NCBI GenBank assembly: GCA_004431415.1
Contig: QPMI01000400.1
Location: 230,435 to 294,434 of the forward strand
DNA length: 64,000 nucleotides
Source of the DNA: Cyanophora paradoxa CCMP329
Lineage: Eukaryota; Plantae; Glaucophyta
Direction of reading: 5' to 3'
The position numbers and the translations under genes were made by a program. The stretch's first letter is position 1. The number at the start of each line of letters is the position of its first letter. Below are positions 62,331 to 64,000 of this stretch, piece by piece. The notes under the pieces are model-generated. The model worked only from the letters and a program-made list of their open reading frames with translations. It did not search any database and was not told the DNA's origin.

Positions 62331-64000
62331 ATGGGGAGAGAAGGCGACCCCAGATACAGCTTTCCAGTGGCCTCGTCCTCGGTGAGCGCGAGCGCCAGCG
62401 ACCCTCGGTACAACTTCGACGCGCCAGCCTCCGGATCCGCGAGCGGCCCGCTCGATGGGGCCAGCCCGGGCGCCAAGCAGCGCGAGGGGAGCGTCGTTAG
62501 CCTCCGCGTATCTCCGTTCGAGGCTGCGGCTGCGGGATCAGGGACGGCCAGGGCGGGGCGCTCCGTCAAGGGGGCGCGGAGGTCGAGTCTGCGCGGTTCG
62601 GGCCCTCGGGCCTCGCTGCCGGCGCCCCTCTTCGACGAGGCACCGGTGCCCAGGCGGCGCTTCAAGATCGGCCTTCGCGCCGTCGGCTTGCCGGCCATCG
62701 CCCTCATCCTGATTGCCGCCGTCACGAGCATTGGCATCCTCTCGTACCGCGCCGCGGAGGAGAACGCCACTCGTGCGCCTCGCCCGGGCAGCGCTGCGAG
62801 CGGCCGCCGGGGCTGAGGGGAGCGGGCGGGGCCGGGGGCAGGGCTGAGCGACCAGGTGCTGTTCCACGTGGGGCGGCGGGTGCAGGAGAACCTGGTGCGG
62901 CTCTTCGAGGCGGCGGTGCAGAGCACGGCGCAGATGGCCCGCCAGCTCACCGCCACCACCGTCGCCCCCGTCCGCCTCGTCGAGGACGACTGGCCCCGCG
63001 GTCCCCCCCGCCCCGCCCCCCGCGCCCCCCGCCCCCTCCGACCCGCCCCGCCCGCAGCGCTCGGGGCGGCGCGCGCCGCCGCCCTCACCGCCAACTTCTA
63101 CAGCATCGCCTACATCCTCACCGAGTGCGCCCGCTCTCTCGAGCTCTCTCTCTTGCGAGGCGAGCGGGGGCGGCGGGGGCGCAGCGGGACGGGCTTCCTG
63201 CTGCGCCGCGAGCTCGTCGAGCCCTTCATGTCCTCCGTCCCCAAGCCCCTCGAGCCCTGGACCGTCACCCAGACCGTCTTCAACAGGACCACCAGGCGCC
63301 TCGACCGGTGCGCGCCTCGCCGGCTCGCCGGCCCGCTCGCTGAGGGGCGCGGGGGCGCGAGGGCAGCTTCTCGTATTACTTCGACAAGGCGTTCAACGCG
63401 ACGCAGCTGTGGGTGACGTACGGGGACCCGTACGACCCCCGCACGCGGCCCTTCTGGCAGGCACGCCCCGCGCGCCCCCCTTCCCCCCCCCCTCCCCCCC
63501 CCCGGGTAGGGCGTGAGGGGCGGGCGGGCAGGCGGCGGTGTCGACGAAGGCCGGCTCCTGGACGGACGTCTACGCGCTCACCACCGGCAGCGCCGCCGTC
63601 TCCTTCGCCCAGGCCCGCCCCCCCCCCCCTCCCCCCCCTCCCCCCCCCCCCCCCCGGGGCCGGGCTGAGGGCCGCGGCAGCCGTTCTTCTACTCGCTCAA
63701 CCCGCTCCTCGAGGGGGACGCCCCCGACTCCATGATGGCGCGCCCCGCCCCGCCCGCCCCGCCCCGGCCCCGCCGGCCCGGGGGCGAGCGAGGGCGGCAG
63801 GGGATGCTGGTGGTGACGTTCGACCTGCGGACGCTGAGCGAGTGGCTGGCGACGGTGGCGGTGACGGTGGACGGCCAGGGCTTCGCCGCCGTCCTCGGCC
63901 GCGACGCCTCCGGCGAGGTCCCCGCCCCCGCCCCGCCCCCGCCCCCCTGCGCCCCTCAGCCCCCCGCAGCTCTTCGTGATCGCGTACAAGAACCCGCGGG
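62331..64000 (+). CDS. Membrane sensor with a bacterial-type dCache domain, partial (output domain lies beyond the window)
   Basis: TM1 ALILIAAVTSIGILSY, then YDPRTRPFWQAAV...SWTDVY...AVSFAQPF...GMLVVTFDLRTLSEWL, which is the dCache_1 pattern. Confidence 0.75.

Overview
Gene-dense, very GC-rich eukaryotic nuclear DNA with many short (about 50-110 nt) spliceosomal introns. Most entries in the supplied ORF track are therefore shadow ORFs or exon pieces. The source is inferred to be a plastid-bearing protist, best guess a Cyanophora-like glaucophyte, from an MTSFIAA... transit peptide with Phe near the N-terminus and a plant-type AHCY. About 21 host genes can be rebuilt by hand: CorA-like, plastid-targeted HisG, OHCU decarboxylase, ATR kinase, Erv1, p24/TMED, SLC45/SUT transporter, AHCY, two PH proteins, MED6, CLP1, a RING E3, a TIN1-like protein, a TTLL ligase, ELAPOR/KIAA1324-like, Arf, cytochrome b561, a DUSP, a PHD protein and a partial dCache sensor. 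Two non-genic islands stand out. (i) 45598-50693 is an intact non-autonomous CACTA/EnSpm transposon (39-bp perfect TIRs, TAA target duplication) carrying a roughly 1.35-kb 40-bp satellite and a spliced orphan cargo ORF. (ii) About 18990-20120 holds an orphan two-exon myosin fragment next to a tRNA-derived SINE-like element. Window-wide oddities are frequent GC-AG introns with a GYNCG-type donor, head-to-head gene pairs and sharp GC transitions within genes. All family assignments come from recalled motifs, not database searches. Gene coordinates are spans including introns, and some ends are approximate.
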